The notes: generated from the letters alone by a model not told the origin. Positions 27,401 through 39,600 are shown, numbered from the whole stretch's first letter. The stretch is DNA of 61,560 nucleotides, filler included, from Choristocarpus tenellus KU-1152 (GCA_964200185.2; 5 parts of 5 records of this genome joined end to end with filler, not necessarily neighbours in it), one strand, 5' to 3'. Translations and numbers: made by a program.

Positions 27401-29884
27401 CTACGCGAAGTTTTTTACTCCTTGTTGTCCCAGGACCTACACAAGGTTAGGAGGTTCGAAGCATCTTCTATGACTCGCCTGCACCATTTCTGGTGACGCC
27501 TGTGGAAGGAGAGCCTCACATAGCCGAGCAGCAGTTAGGCGCACACGGAATGAACCCTCCAAAAGTAGCACTAACACCGGGCCAAGCACCTTCATGCCAC
27601 AATTCAGAATAAAAGACTTGAGAGATACGCAACACTATCTATGTATCTATATATGTATGTACATTTGAGGTTGAGTGACATCATTTTATAGGTTACATTC
27701 TCAATCTACCCTGAATTACATCCACACTGCCTAACAAACAGTATCACCTCTGGAAGCAAATGATCAATATACTTCAATATACTTCAATATACTTCCAAAG
27801 GTACCAGAGAAGGATACAACTGAGGAATATTAATGAAACCTGATTGATAATGGACCAGATGCAGGAAATTGTGAACTAGTCCTGAGAATGATCACACCTT
27901 CGGGGAGACCAGGGGGCTGATGCCATACTCCAGAGGGCTGACCCCAGCCTTCAAGCTCAGGTCATCCAAGCTGCGAGCAGTGTCAATTGCCCCTGCACAA
28001 CGTCGCATGAGACTGAGTACCTCCACACATGCACCTTCCTGGAGAGTTAGAGGTTCTGACGGAGCTGGCTGTTTTGCCAAATCTTTGACCTGATGTGAGC
28101 ATGTTCAGTCAAGGTTGGTTGACATGTGTTGACATGTGGACATAATGATGAAGGGAGAAGGGAGAAGGGAGAAGGGAGAAGGGAGAAGGGAGAAGGGTCA
28201 AAATGAATAAAACTGTACCAAAGCATTGAAAAGTCTCCCAGATACATAGGGCACTGTGGGAGGCAAAAGGTGTCTCAATAAAATAAAATAATAGGAAAGG
28301 AAAAACACGATATGTTTCAACTGGTGCCTGAAGATAGCAGAGTCCTGTATGCTACGAAAATAAAAAGACCAATGTGTGAATAGATAGCCACAAGGTATGT
28401 TCAATATACATACTACTAACAGTACACTTATTATAAAGCTCAATTAAGACAGGGTAGGCTCCAGAAACAAACTCCAAAAGCTATTTTGGCATCTACTAAA
28501 CATTATTTCTTTATCTATTCACTAGAGAGTTACACAACTAGCAAACAGCAAATGTGATAAAGATGAAAGTGTGACAGTTACTCTTTCCCTGCATGCATTA
28601 CCTGACACCATGCTTCAGACTTTAAAAACCTCATGGAAGACATTCTGTCTAGGTTGCTGCGCACAGGTAACACACCAAACACACCAAACACACCAAACAC
28701 AAGTTACCTGGTCTGCTGTGAGGGCATTGTCGAAGGTCGACATCCTCCACAGATAACCTCTTGCTGATCTAGCATTACTAATATAGCCCGGTGGCTGTCC
28801 AAGGTATATGGGGAATGGATTGAGGTCCACAGACAATACCTGAAGATAGGCGAAACAAGATGTTAACATGGCATGAAGTGTTACACCACATGTGTCAGAA
28901 CCAAGCCAATTCAGATTTATCTTTGATTGTTCAAGTTGGCAAGGCAATAGAGTGATCAGTACACACCAAATTATGTACTAAATTATGTACCAAACAACTG
29001 TTGCATAACAACATACAAGGGAAATACAATGCAGTAAGTTGATATTTTTGAATTGATGCGGTATCGCAAATCCATGACTGTTTTGGAATAACCTACATAT
29101 AGTAATAATAGGATTGACAGATTGGATAGGGTTAGGTGGTGGGAAAAGAGACACTTGAGCATATCCTTGCAAGAATAAAATCCAATCCTATTCACAGCCC
29201 AAACATTGAGGACTTCTGTGCACCTTGATCTAAACAATATGCAACACTTATCAAACATGACTTCCCCTGCCATACCCACACTTACCTCATTTGAGGTGTC
29301 ATCCGTGGTAGCATCCAGCCTAGCTGTGCTTGCAGTTGCAGTGAGCTTGAAGCCCCAGTCTGTGTTAGACTCATCCGAATGAAAGTATACAGAGAAACTG
29401 ACAGTACATGACAGTACATGTCATTTCATGCCAGTACATGTCGGTTCATGTCATTTTGGTTCACATTACAGACACAAAGAAAGAGATAAAAAGAGATACA
29501 ATGGGATGATCAAATGAAAGGGTCATGCATGCCATTCTATCTGGATGAGATAGGAAAGTTCAGTAAGACATGAGTAATAGATTGTGTACAGTTTCAATTT
29601 GAGTCAGCAATTAGCAAGTAAATTCGTATAATGAATCTACCACTCTCTCTAGAATTGATCTAACCAGAAGCCAATTACTACAACAAGGCTGGAAACACTC
29701 ACTTCCTCACACTAGCGAAAGAATAAAAACGACCCAGCTGAATTCAATGCACCTCAAGTCCAAGTGAGCAGTCTGTTCACCTGGGTGCCCCGATAACAAG
29801 AGGAGGCGTCCCCCCTACACCTGGCCAGTTAGATGATGCTCCAGAGAATGGACCATACACAGGTGAATCTGGGTCTGTACGGTC
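445..29884 (-). CDS. Giant multidomain HERC/HECT-type E3 ubiquitin ligase-like protein, internal fragment (54 exons, ~7,443 nt, ~2,480 aa; both ends outside the contig)
   Basis: Manually spliced exons, 5'->3', all phase-consistent and stop-free: 29781-29884, 29286-29397, 28708-28839, 27898-28089, 27479-27589, 26399-26641, 25791-25857, 25237-25337, 24908-24972, 24340-24457, 23581-23924, 22713-22830, 21766-21889, 21392-21536, 20907-20961, 20587-20692, 19892-20030, 19241-19424, 18656-18790, 17709-18104, 17245-17511, 16650-16805, 15963-16112, 15007-15098, 14586-14661, 14172-14240, 14026-14127, 13700-13807, 13352-13442, 12792-12904, 12378-12461, 11401-11564, 10783-10867, 10038-10220, 9370-9442, 8787-9000, 8344-8380, 8121-8161, 7743-7875, 7409-7516, 6929-7222, 6319-6405, 6034-6108, 5609-5764, 5084-5160, 4489-4586, 3866-4053, 3503-3602, 2856-3026, 2351-2490, 2155-2175, 1937-2045, 1447-1660, 445-820. 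Contains MIB/HERC2, SPRY, LamG-like and CUB-like modules, a LALLGGSFLGLHVGGR motif, and ARFKLLQLLNQKLRDALPYLDL, which resembles the pre-HECT segment of giant HERC-like ligases. The HECT domain itself is not in the window, so the E3 call is inferred. Confidence 0.85.
1600..3990 (-). other. LamG/concanavalin-A-like domain within the giant E3 gene
   Basis: DFTIEMWVRLE...NQWTHLALV...ARLVIDGREV...FQLGR...MTGHIHDFRLWSRALSVSEI...GLLVNFPF is the LamG-like jellyroll signature. Confidence 0.85.
4555..5705 (-). other. MIB/HERC2 domain within the giant E3 gene (3 exons)
   Basis: Spliced translation GLSIGDRVVRGPSWDWGDKDGGPGGYGVVVEIKAWKGKPRAGIKVHWEETNKADLYKWDYEGAYDL matches the MIB/HERC2 pattern (G.RVVRG.dW.W.dQDGG.g..G.V ... 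V.W....n.Yr.g..g.yDL). Confidence 0.92.
7080..8380 (-). other. SPRY domain within the giant E3 gene
   Basis: Spliced: RWDIYVRAISSRTPMAVGI...FGPKFRTGDIISVVVDTFQRTIVLYRNQAVVGLAL...LHPLVILAETGDEVEL, the typical SPRY pattern (GD.I.v.lD....ti.f.rN ... l.P.v.l). Confidence 0.85.
12976..13136. repeat. Intronic 18-bp minisatellite (ATCCTTGATACAACCATT) x~9
   Basis: Direct tandem repeat read from the sequence; it generates the spurious CIKDNG/SLIQPL ORFs. Confidence 0.97.
18740..20000 (-). other. CUB-like repeat (ESxHPY...DWGW type); paralogous repeats at ~29340-29884, 21420-22790, 12380-13750 and a degenerate copy at 4489-6405
   Basis: LESNHPYHDNANRCEWVRIKGARKLLISFDPKTRTEASCDYLVLY...KYSGG...NWPG...PLEIPAGKFYLCWVTDATVNDWGWKMTV. 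The other copies share ES/ETxHxY, IPGAK, DYVR, WPG/WAG, PLxI, FHSD and WGF motifs, as in the intracellular CUB-like repeats of ZZEF1/MYCBP2-type proteins. Confidence 0.8.
24210..24334. repeat. Intronic 12-bp tandem repeat (AAATCTCAAGTT) x10
   Basis: Perfect tandem array starting at intron position +6 after the GTGAG donor at 24339. Confidence 0.97.
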
Positions 29885-29888
29885 CTGG

Positions 29889-30104
29889 TTAAAGATAGCA
29901 AACATGTTAAAGATAGCAAACATGATGAAGATAGCAAACAGGTTAAGAATAGCAAACAGGTTAAAGATAGCAAACATGATGAAGATAGCAAACATGTTGA
30001 AGATAGCAACCACGTTAAGAATAGCAAACAGGTTAAACATAGCAAACATGTTGAAGATAGCAACCACGTTAAAAATAGTAAACATGTTAAAGATAGCAAC
30101 CATG
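29889..30104. repeat. Intronic degenerate 18-bp minisatellite (TTAAAGATAGCAAACATG) x~12
   Basis: Tandem variants visible; abuts the acceptor AG at 29885-29886. Confidence 0.95.
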
Positions 30105-30514
30105 TTATTGATATGGAAACAGGTTAAAGATATGGAAAGATGCAAAGATTTCATTACAGAGGGAAGAAGAAAGTCAAGTCATATCATTCACATGTCAAAT
30201 GATAAACACTTAAATAACGGCATATTTAACAAACTTATATTACAGGTAAACTTAAGCAACAACGGAGCAACAAGCCAATAGATACAGTTAAATATGGACT
30301 ACAGCAATCACAGCATGTGTACTCATATGTTGTCTGGCAAGACCAATAGCTGTCAAAACCACGGGTAAGCTATCTTCAGTGCCAAGCAAAAGGTAGAGTA
30401 GTGTTTGCATCAACACTGCTGCACACACGTAACATAGACAAGACATGGACATAACATAGGGGTCAAAGTATCTGGGGGGGGGGGGGGGGGGGGGGGTGGC
30501 GTTTGGTGGGTGTT

Positions 30515-30614
30515 NNNNNNNNNNNNNNNNNNNNNNNNNNNNNNNNNNNNNNNNNNNNTTAATTAATTAANNNNNNNNNNNNNNNNNNNNNNNNNNNNNN
30601 NNNNNNNNNNNNNN
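30515..30614. other. Artificial contig linker 44N-TTAATTAATTAA-44N (also 40263-40362, 48445-48544, 54487-54586; 10-N gaps at 50037-50046 and 52264-52273)
   Basis: Identical 100-bp spacer with stop codons in all six frames, present four times. Confidence 0.98.
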
Positions 30615-33600
30615 CATCGCAAAGGAGAGCACCCCCGCCATAATAACACCACTGAAAGTCTGAACCACAGAAAAGGAGAAGTTGATCCAGCGACTGTAAC
30701 TTGCCTGCTCAAGGTTGTAGATTGGTTAATGAACACATGGGACAAACGATAACAACAACAATGTGTTTTATAGTTCAGGGCTAAAGTAGGAACCAAAGGG
30801 GTTATGATAATAATGTTGAAGTTGGTGGTGGGAAGAGAGAGGTGATGGTGTGATGGTGTTTGCTGTGTGTACTGTTTAGAGTTATCTGTTGAGTACTTTA
30901 GAGTATCAAACTTGTTTCTATTGTAATGTGCCCAATGATTTACACCTAATCTATAACAACTTCACCGGGAAGGAAAGATTGTTGTATAGAACAAAATACT
31001 CGTAGTACAATATGTGGCAGAATGGATCAGACCAAAAACATTAAATACTGAGCTCACAATTGTATGTACCACTGCACTGTACAACCAAACTCCTGAATTG
31101 CAAAAAGAGGAGATGCAAACCCTGCTACTGCATCCAAGCCAGCCATAACACAATACAGGTATGTGCTACAAAGTAATGCAGCTCCAAAATAGAGGGGTAG
31201 TAGGGAAGGGGGGAGTGACTGCTACTAGAGTATTTCAGAATACAGGACGCAACTTGAATCTGATGATGTATCAACCTGGAGGGCCTTGCTCCCACAGGAA
31301 TTGCACTACAACACATCATTCATATCTAGTGAGTATGTGTGGCAATGCTGTGTATAGGGATGCCATCATAAGAAGTCTCATGCACTAAAATTTCGTACTA
31401 ATTAAAATAATCTCCATAGTGACATCAGGCAATATCCGTTTGTTTCTTCATTCCAACCGAATCTCCAGTATCGACCTCAGGCAAGGACATTTCAAATAAT
31501 TCTCCCCCACTCGTTATTCAGGTATCCACATTCTAAGTAAAGACAAATTTGTATTTGAGAATCGGAAGGTCTAGTGATTGTGAACAAAATCGTCTGCCCA
31601 AAAATCGATACACTCATTTATCGATAATAGATAAAATGTTTCGTGAGGAACCCAACCAGAGACGACCTGTTTTTGAGGGTTTCTTCTCTGAGTATTCTAT
31701 TCTTTCTTTCCACTACTGGGCACACTAAATTAGGGTTATATCTGAGAGATTTCTACAAATGTGTTTGGCCGAAGAAAGAGAGGGAATATTGACCCCTCTT
31801 TTGGATTAGCCTTGAAAAAGAGTTCTTACGCCGCTGACCTCCTCACTCAGACCCTTCGCCCTTCTTTCCGTCCTCCTCTAACTCATGTTAACCTTCCCTC
31901 TGCCTGGGAATGGAGCTTTGGAGGTATTTTCTCGGACTAGTCGTTGACCATTGATAACCTGATTTGATCTTAAAGCTAAAATGCTCCCCCTTTTCCATGC
32001 AGATTGCTTGTTGCTAGATTGGGCATTCTACCCCTCGCATACACTCTCAGAAAGGGCGAAATATCAGCCCTTGGCCCAACTGGCTTCAATATTTCCCACT
32101 TCTTTACTTGCTATTGCTCAGCAATATGCTTGATGTAGGTCACACAAGGTTCTGCTGTCTCTCACTCGCTATCATCCCACCCTTCCTCATCCTCATCACC
32201 CTCTGCACGGACAAGGGCATATCCAGGAGATGGGTCAACATCATAGTCATGACGTATGCACTCATCCAAACCGTCCTCAGAGTACATTCATATTTTTAAG
32301 GAGTCATAGAAGTGTTGAATGAGCTTGCTTGTATGACTTCCCACCTGTCCATATTGAGATACCACTGTTCCACAGGGGCAGAGAGTCACACGTCTAACTG
32401 ATCCTATGGAACAGTGGTATCTCAATATTTGGCACCTCCATCCAAACACAACTCCAAAGAAAAAATAAAAGTACCTTTTGGTTCCTTTGATTTGTACGTC
32501 GCTAAATCCATTATTACAAGTGGAATACTATCGTGAATTGGTCATTGCGATTCATAATGCTAGAAATCTCCAAGCATCTAAATTGAGATGCAGACGAAGA
32601 AAATACCTCTATTACTAATGGCCTGCCAGTGAAGGTCCGAGTGAAAGTATCTTAGAGGGTACGGGTTTTGCCCTGTTTGTCCATTTGGGGCTTGGCCTCC
32701 CTTGGAGTTTCTACAACATTTTCCTACTCCAAAATATTTTGGTGCAGGTAAAATGTAAATGATATGAAAAGGTTGGTCCGGAACAAGGATATTGACACTT
32801 CCTAACAAACACGATAGCCAAAATTACATCAGAATCGCAACATTTGATTTTGACCCCCAAATGGACACAGCTCTACCCTCTAAGATACTTTAGCTCTCCA
32901 ACATCTTCTCCTGTTCTCAGTAGACTCCAGAACCAGGGGAAAACAGAACCACTGATACCATCAGTAAGGGTCAAATACTAAGTCGCACAACTAGTGGACC
33001 AGTGCCCCACCAGGATCCAAACCCATAACCTCTGATCCGATTAAATACTCAAGTCAGTATTCTTATAGTTAATTTGTTAATAAGAACAAGACTAGTAATG
33101 GGAATCCTATATAGTGATGTATTCGTTATCGCCATAGATAGGAAAACAAAATTTAAAGATTATGTTAGAGCCCCACTCCTTCAACGTTAAACCATACCAA
33201 ATAGGTGGGTGTAGCCCTTCCTTGATATGGGAAACAATAAGTTCAAGCAGCCTCCCATCTACCCCACTCATCCACCAGCAATGGTGTAGCTGCTGCTGCA
33301 GCTGCAGCTGAGGCGCAAAAGCGCACTCACTACGAGGGTTCTTTGACCCTTGTAGTTACATTACAACCTCAACACCTTCGTGGTGGAAAGTTTTGAGTGG
33401 CTCGGTAAGCAAGCAGATTTTTTTTCTGGATGAGTTGGCTACGCACAGAGAGGGGCAGGAGGCTACAGCAGGAAAGAGGCTGTCAAATCCTATCTACAAT
33501 AGATATTGTCTGTCACAAGTAGCTCTAGCTAGACATGTCATGCGTTTAAGCTGGAGACATCAGGGAGATGGGTAAGAAGTGGCTTGTTAGATTTTTGGGA

Positions 33601-36600
33601 TGCTTCCCTGCCTCTTCACTCTAGGGTGCAGGATCAAGTTAGGTTGGAGGCACAGGAGTGCAGTAGTATAGCATAGCTGGTAGTAAAATAGTAGACAGAT
33701 TATAGAAAATGCATTTCACATATACGACAACTGTTACTTTTTCAGGGGTTCTGACAATGGAATGGTTTTTCATTGTTGTTTCCCCTGACACACATCGGCA
33801 AAATGTCAGAGGGCATAATATAGAGTAAGAGGGTGAGTAAATTGAAGTTGAAAGGTCAGTATTATTGTGATTTTGTATATATATATATATACATTGGTGA
33901 ATTCTATCATGACTAGTGAACGTACCTCTCTCTATGTGGGAGTGATATTTTGAGAGATTGGTTATACTTACAGGTTACAAGGTCAAGTCTTCTATTCATA
34001 GGTCTAAACTGTCGTTGAACGATCTGTTTGGTCAGAGACAGTATTGCACAGCACAATTTGTAGATATGCTGCTTTACACATTGTTGTTTTGCTCATTTGC
34101 TGGGATGTCACTATATCTTGTACAAAAACGGGTATTTCTATTTGCAGGGTTACTTGCACGCATAGGCCATGAGAGTTTTCCCAAGGGGTTGACGATAGGG
34201 GATCTTACTGTTGAAAATGGAAGAAAGTTGAACAGGAGAAGAACTGGTGGGTGTACCTGCAAGATGATCTTGAGAACTTTAGGATTCAGTTGACGGAAGG
34301 AGAATATGAGCAACCAACCAACACAGGTGGCATGAGTATGTCGTTGGCAGGACAACAAGCTTCATGATGGCAGATTGGCACTCCGAGGGAACTGTGGTAG
34401 CTGATGTACACCATGCAAATGAAGCAACTAAGCCAAACCAAGCAACCAATCATACCACCCCATCACCACGTCTGACAAATACTGTTTTCTCATTGTGTTT
34501 TATCTTTTTGAGGTGATTCTCATTGTGTCTCTCCTTTCCACCTCCCTTTCTGTTTCCTTGGTGTGACATGCGATTAGTGATATTTCTTGGCTTTAATGGA
34601 CCTGGTACACCTGGGTTATCTTCAATACCCCCATCCATACTTTGGATACTTTCTCCTCTCTTCCTTCATTTGCCATTATTTTATTACTTCATCTTGTTTT
34701 TTTCTTCTGCAGTATTTATTGTAGTTTTCATCCAGTGTGTACTACCTTCTTTTGACTACCTTTGACCATGGGTCTAGGACCCCTCAGACTAATGCAAACA
34801 ATAATGATCTACTATAGCACTTAATGAGTACTAGCTGGCATTTTAAGGTGGCTATAGTCAAAAAGAGTTGATACATCAGTTCCCCTTGTATTAGATGTAG
34901 AGTTATTCAACTCCAGATGAGGTAATAAACCATCCTCGGCTACACAAGCTACCCTACTACCTCTCTCATTATCCAATGTATTGACTTACAGATCGTCCAA
35001 CGTACAGCATTCCAGAATGTGATACTCTTCTAAATATTTGATGCTCCAAAACCATTATTCCACGAGAACAGAAAGAGTTGACAGAAAAAAAGATCAAGGG
35101 GTACGATACTTCTTTGTTGTGCGGACTTTATGTCACACAAGTAATCAAGCATAAATCTAGGTAACATAGATACTATACAGCTGTATACAAAGATTGAGAG
35201 TGGGTCTTGAGGTACAGTCTTCAAACAACTGATAAATGACTCTTTCACAGCAAGCCCATCATACTTTACAGTACGTGGTCCTATCATACTTTACAGTACG
35301 TGGTCCTATCATACATTAACATGGGGAGACGAAACATTGCACATTGAAAACCATAATAACTCTCACCGGGCCAGTGGATGCAACCCAAAAGTAGCCGCCA
35401 GTCACAAGCAGTTCATTCCAGAAGGGGACTGAGCTCAGAGCCATGACAAAAGCGATAACTACGACAGCCTTTGCTAAGAGTGTGATGTCTTCACCACTGA
35501 TACACTGGCACTTCCTGTATTTCTGTCAACACGAATAGATCACAAGGGGAGTGAAGTGGAGGGATACCCTTATTGCTGATCTAGACTGGAGTATTATTTC
35601 CTGCGGGCACTAATTTAAATGTTCGGTTCCCTTGATCCAAGGTCCTATGGCAATGAATTCTTGATCGGTAAGTCTTTGATGAAATCTAGTGTATTCAATA
35701 TAGGGGAGACCGGAGATCCAATTGATGAGTCCAACATCACTCCCTCAGCCTTCTTGAGAGGTACAAGTCAGGTTCTTGGCATAAGTTTATTGAAGCCCTT
35801 TTTGTTGCCCAGAAGCAGTCACGATGCCTGATGTTACAGTGGGCATGGTGCCAAGGTAGAGCTAGCTCTAGGATTACTCGACTATGTAATATGGAACAAT
35901 TTACAATTAGCGACTGACATTCACATTATAATATACAATGCACTAACTTAGCATCTATTAGGGTTAGGGTTATCATATTAACCTTTTATGACAATGGCAA
36001 GCTGTCAATATTCATTACCACATCCTAGTAGCCGTAAAGTTGGATCGGGTTTAAGCAAGTATGGTCATTATGCGATCCACCTGACTTGGTACATGTTGTA
36101 TCAACTTGTAACAGCACAACCATTGAACAGGGCACTATTCTTGTTTTCGTCAACAAGGTGACAAGGCTGCCAAGTGACTACAGAATCAGGTTGCAGGGAA
36201 ATCAAACCAACTGAGAGGTAGACAGGGTTGCACTTTAAGGATCCCGAGAAAGGGCAAAAAGATGCCTTTTGTACAAATACAGGAAGATCCTTTGCTGAAT
36301 TGTGGTGTCGCTTTGTGCGTGTAAGGGGGTATACCATTCTTTTGTACACTGTTGTGAGTAAAAAAAAATGAAATATAGTGTATTGCACAAGGCAAAAAAA
36401 TGGCTTAGAATGCAATAGGGTTCAAACCTCCTTACCTCTCAAATGGTTTGACTCAAAAGTGGCCAACTTGTCGAGGAGGGTAGAAGGAGTTGAACCTCTT
36501 ATGAGGAAGTAGGAGCACTAGCATTGCTTTCCCAAACAGTTACATCCTCTTACCTCGTTGATGTGGGCGAGGCTTAATGTGAGAGCAAGGTTGCTCAGGG

Positions 36601-39600
36601 AATACATGTTGAGGGAAGACAACTCAACGAACTTCAGGAAGTAGATGAAGGGTTTCAACTCGTTGGAGGACCAGCAATTCAAGACCATAATGGACAAGAT
36701 GGACTGGGAAAGGGCATACCCGAACCCACTTTGGATGCCAAGTTGAACGTGGTGTTGGCCGCCAGGTTGGTACGAAGGCAGGACGAGACAACGAGTTAGC
36801 ATTCTACTGAAGACGTAATTGACATCGTTCAAGACATGATATACAATCACGATATTGCAACAACAAACAGCGACCAACAAGATATCTTCTGATATAAGAG
36901 AGGCTCTCACTACGAGCCAATAGGCGAGGGATTACGCACTACGAACACCCATCGTCACGACAGCATTTCCCTTGGAGGGGATGAACATTATGCCGTTTAC
37001 GCCTCCACCGGACATCTTCACATGTGATACCAAGTCCTAACACACCAACTAGCACCAACACACAGATTACCTTGTGCGCCCACAACCAACCTAACGGGAG
37101 GATCCATCCCACCATGCAGAGACTAACTATATGCTCCCCTAAGCGTGCGAGTCATTGCTGATACCACGCACTCATAGTGCAACTTGCTGTAGAAAGCTAA
37201 GCCGTTTTTCACCCCCACGCAAGTTCTGTAGCTCACCTAGCCCAGTGAAGAAACATGATTATCATATGCTTGGTACTCATACGGCTGAACCATGCCGACG
37301 AAGCACCCGCAACCACCACCAAGGCAACTAACCGTAGAATGTTTGCCACCACTTCGCCCCTCTGCATCCCCACCACAGGAAAATCCGATGTACACGCGTA
37401 CATGGTCGTCTGACAACGAAAATACTGTCCCAATGGACCCGAGTCGTTCCAAATGGCGCAGATGTATCTGCACGGTTAACCTAGAAGTGCAACCGCTGGC
37501 CCTTCTTCTCTCCTCTCCGTATTCCTTGGTCGACTTTGGCGAGTCTTCTCATACCAAAGGAATGCCTATTGTAAACCTACGTTGTTGAGCCGATGCATCC
37601 AACATCACACACACGAGGTCATCCACACAAACCCACCATCAACAGCACCCAACCAGTCAGATGCTTGGAGACGGGATGAATGTTTGAACACTAGTGTTAT
37701 TTATGTAGGTAGAAAGTTCTATTTTCAGTTGGACCAGTAAGACCCATTTTACCTACCATTGGGAAGAATTGTTGAAGTAGTGAACAACCCACCTCTTTAA
37801 GAATCGACCATTCCTGAACGCTTCATACACACAATGATGACAGTGACATAAGACATCACCTAAATGTTGGAGGGCATAATAATATGATATGAATTAAGTT
37901 CTTCTCGGATATGCGTAAAATGTAAGATGGGCCGTTCGGCATTTTCTCATCTCATAATGTCATCAATTTCCTACATGACAACAATCCTACAACATGATAC
38001 GGGACACAACCTATCCAAATGTTTGAATCTTTGGATTTTTTTGAGTCGAAGTGTGTGGTGTGTACATATACATATTATGGTGAGTAATAAACTAAACTGA
38101 AGATGTTATTTGGATATTGACATGGAACAGTTACACAAGATGTTTGGTGATACGGACAAGTTGTTGACGTGGGAGACTGTACCACTCTTACAAGACGACA
38201 ATACTAAATTTTACATCATATTATGACACCTGTTGTCAGAACACCAAAAACGACCAAAAATTGCAATGTGAAGAATCAGTGTTACTGTATTTTCATCACA
38301 AAAACAAATATGCACAACGACGAAAGGATCAATATTTTCTTTGTTGCTTTGGGAGGCATACTGTGTTCAAATATGAGTAACGTTGATAGTGTGTATGGTG
38401 TTCATCGGTCACTCCCAATTCGCAGGTTCGAACCCCATTGAGTTAAAACACCTCTACGTACACAATAGTGCTTTCTGATAAAATAATATGACGGGGTCTG
38501 ACATTATACAAACATGTGGGTCAAAAAGACAAACCAATATCACAAGGACATCTATATAAGTAACAGTTGTCAAAGATGTGAAATATATATCTCTAAACTA
38601 TATTTACTATTTGGATACAACATATACTACAACACTCCCTTAAGGGTTGGCAATAAATGTTGCGTGTACATTGCTGCTATGCCTCCAACCTAGGTTAGCC
38701 CTACACAAGTGGGCGAGGAGCTAGAGAAGCATCCCTAGAATCTGACAGGCCCCTCCTTGCCTATCTCCCTGGTGTCTCACCTTTGTATCGAAATTTGGTC
38801 TTGATGATCCAAAGTCTGCACAACAAGCACTATCATCATACCCATTTACCAAATACACCTACTACTGTTCTATCCCATATTTTAAACTCAACACCCTTGC
38901 GGTGGAAAGTTGGGGCACCACGGTAAGCAAGCAAGATTCTGAATGAGTTGGTTACACAAAAAATGTGGGGGAGAGGGACAGGAGGGTTTAGCAGGAAAGG
39001 AGCAGTCAAATCCCGCTTATAATAGATAGTGCCTGTCACAAAAAAAATGGCTCTCTTGAGACGTGCCATGCTTTTCAAGCAGAAGACACCAGGCAGATGG
39101 GCAAGGAGAGGTGTGTCAGATTCTTGGGATCCTTCCCTGGCTCCCTGCCCACTTAGAGGGTTACGCTAGGTTGGAGGCATAGCAGCAATGTACATATAAC
39201 ATTGTAATTACCAAAGGGAGTGTTGTAGTATAGCTGGTATTCAAATAGTAAATATATTTTTGAGAGATATCTTTCACATGTATAACTGTTACTTTTACAG
39301 GGTCCATGTGAAACTGGTTTGACTTTTTCCCTGACATACTTGCAAAATGTCAGAGGGCATAATAAATATCCCATCTGTCGCTACTCACTATATACCACAA
39401 AAATGCCGAATCAAGAACAAGGAGGAAACACATTGACTGTGCAATAAAAGTAGTTCAATCTAATATCAAAAATGGCACAAACTTCCCCCCCAAAGTTGGA
39501 TACACAAAAGAAATAGGAAATGCTATCAATCTCTGATCTTGTTCCACACTCCAACTCTTTTAGAGACTTTGGATTTAACATAACCAATAGAACTTAGAGG

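Noticed and set aside
30559-30570. Palindromic TTAATTAATTAA recurring four times
   Set aside because: Always centred in 44N+44N; an artificial six-frame-stop linker, not biology.
32160-32280. Acidic minus-strand segment DGLDEC...DEDEEGWDDSE*
   Set aside because: No good acceptor and an upstream stop; it cannot be linked to a gene model.
35619-35831. Penelope-like hints (GSPVSPIL on minus, IGETG on plus)
   Set aside because: The motifs overlap on opposite strands and have no surrounding RT or GIY-YIG context.
37025-37032. TGGTATCA tRNA-Met primer-binding-site-like 8-mer (also ~32953)
   Set aside because: No adjacent LTR or gag/pol; 8-mers like this are expected by chance.
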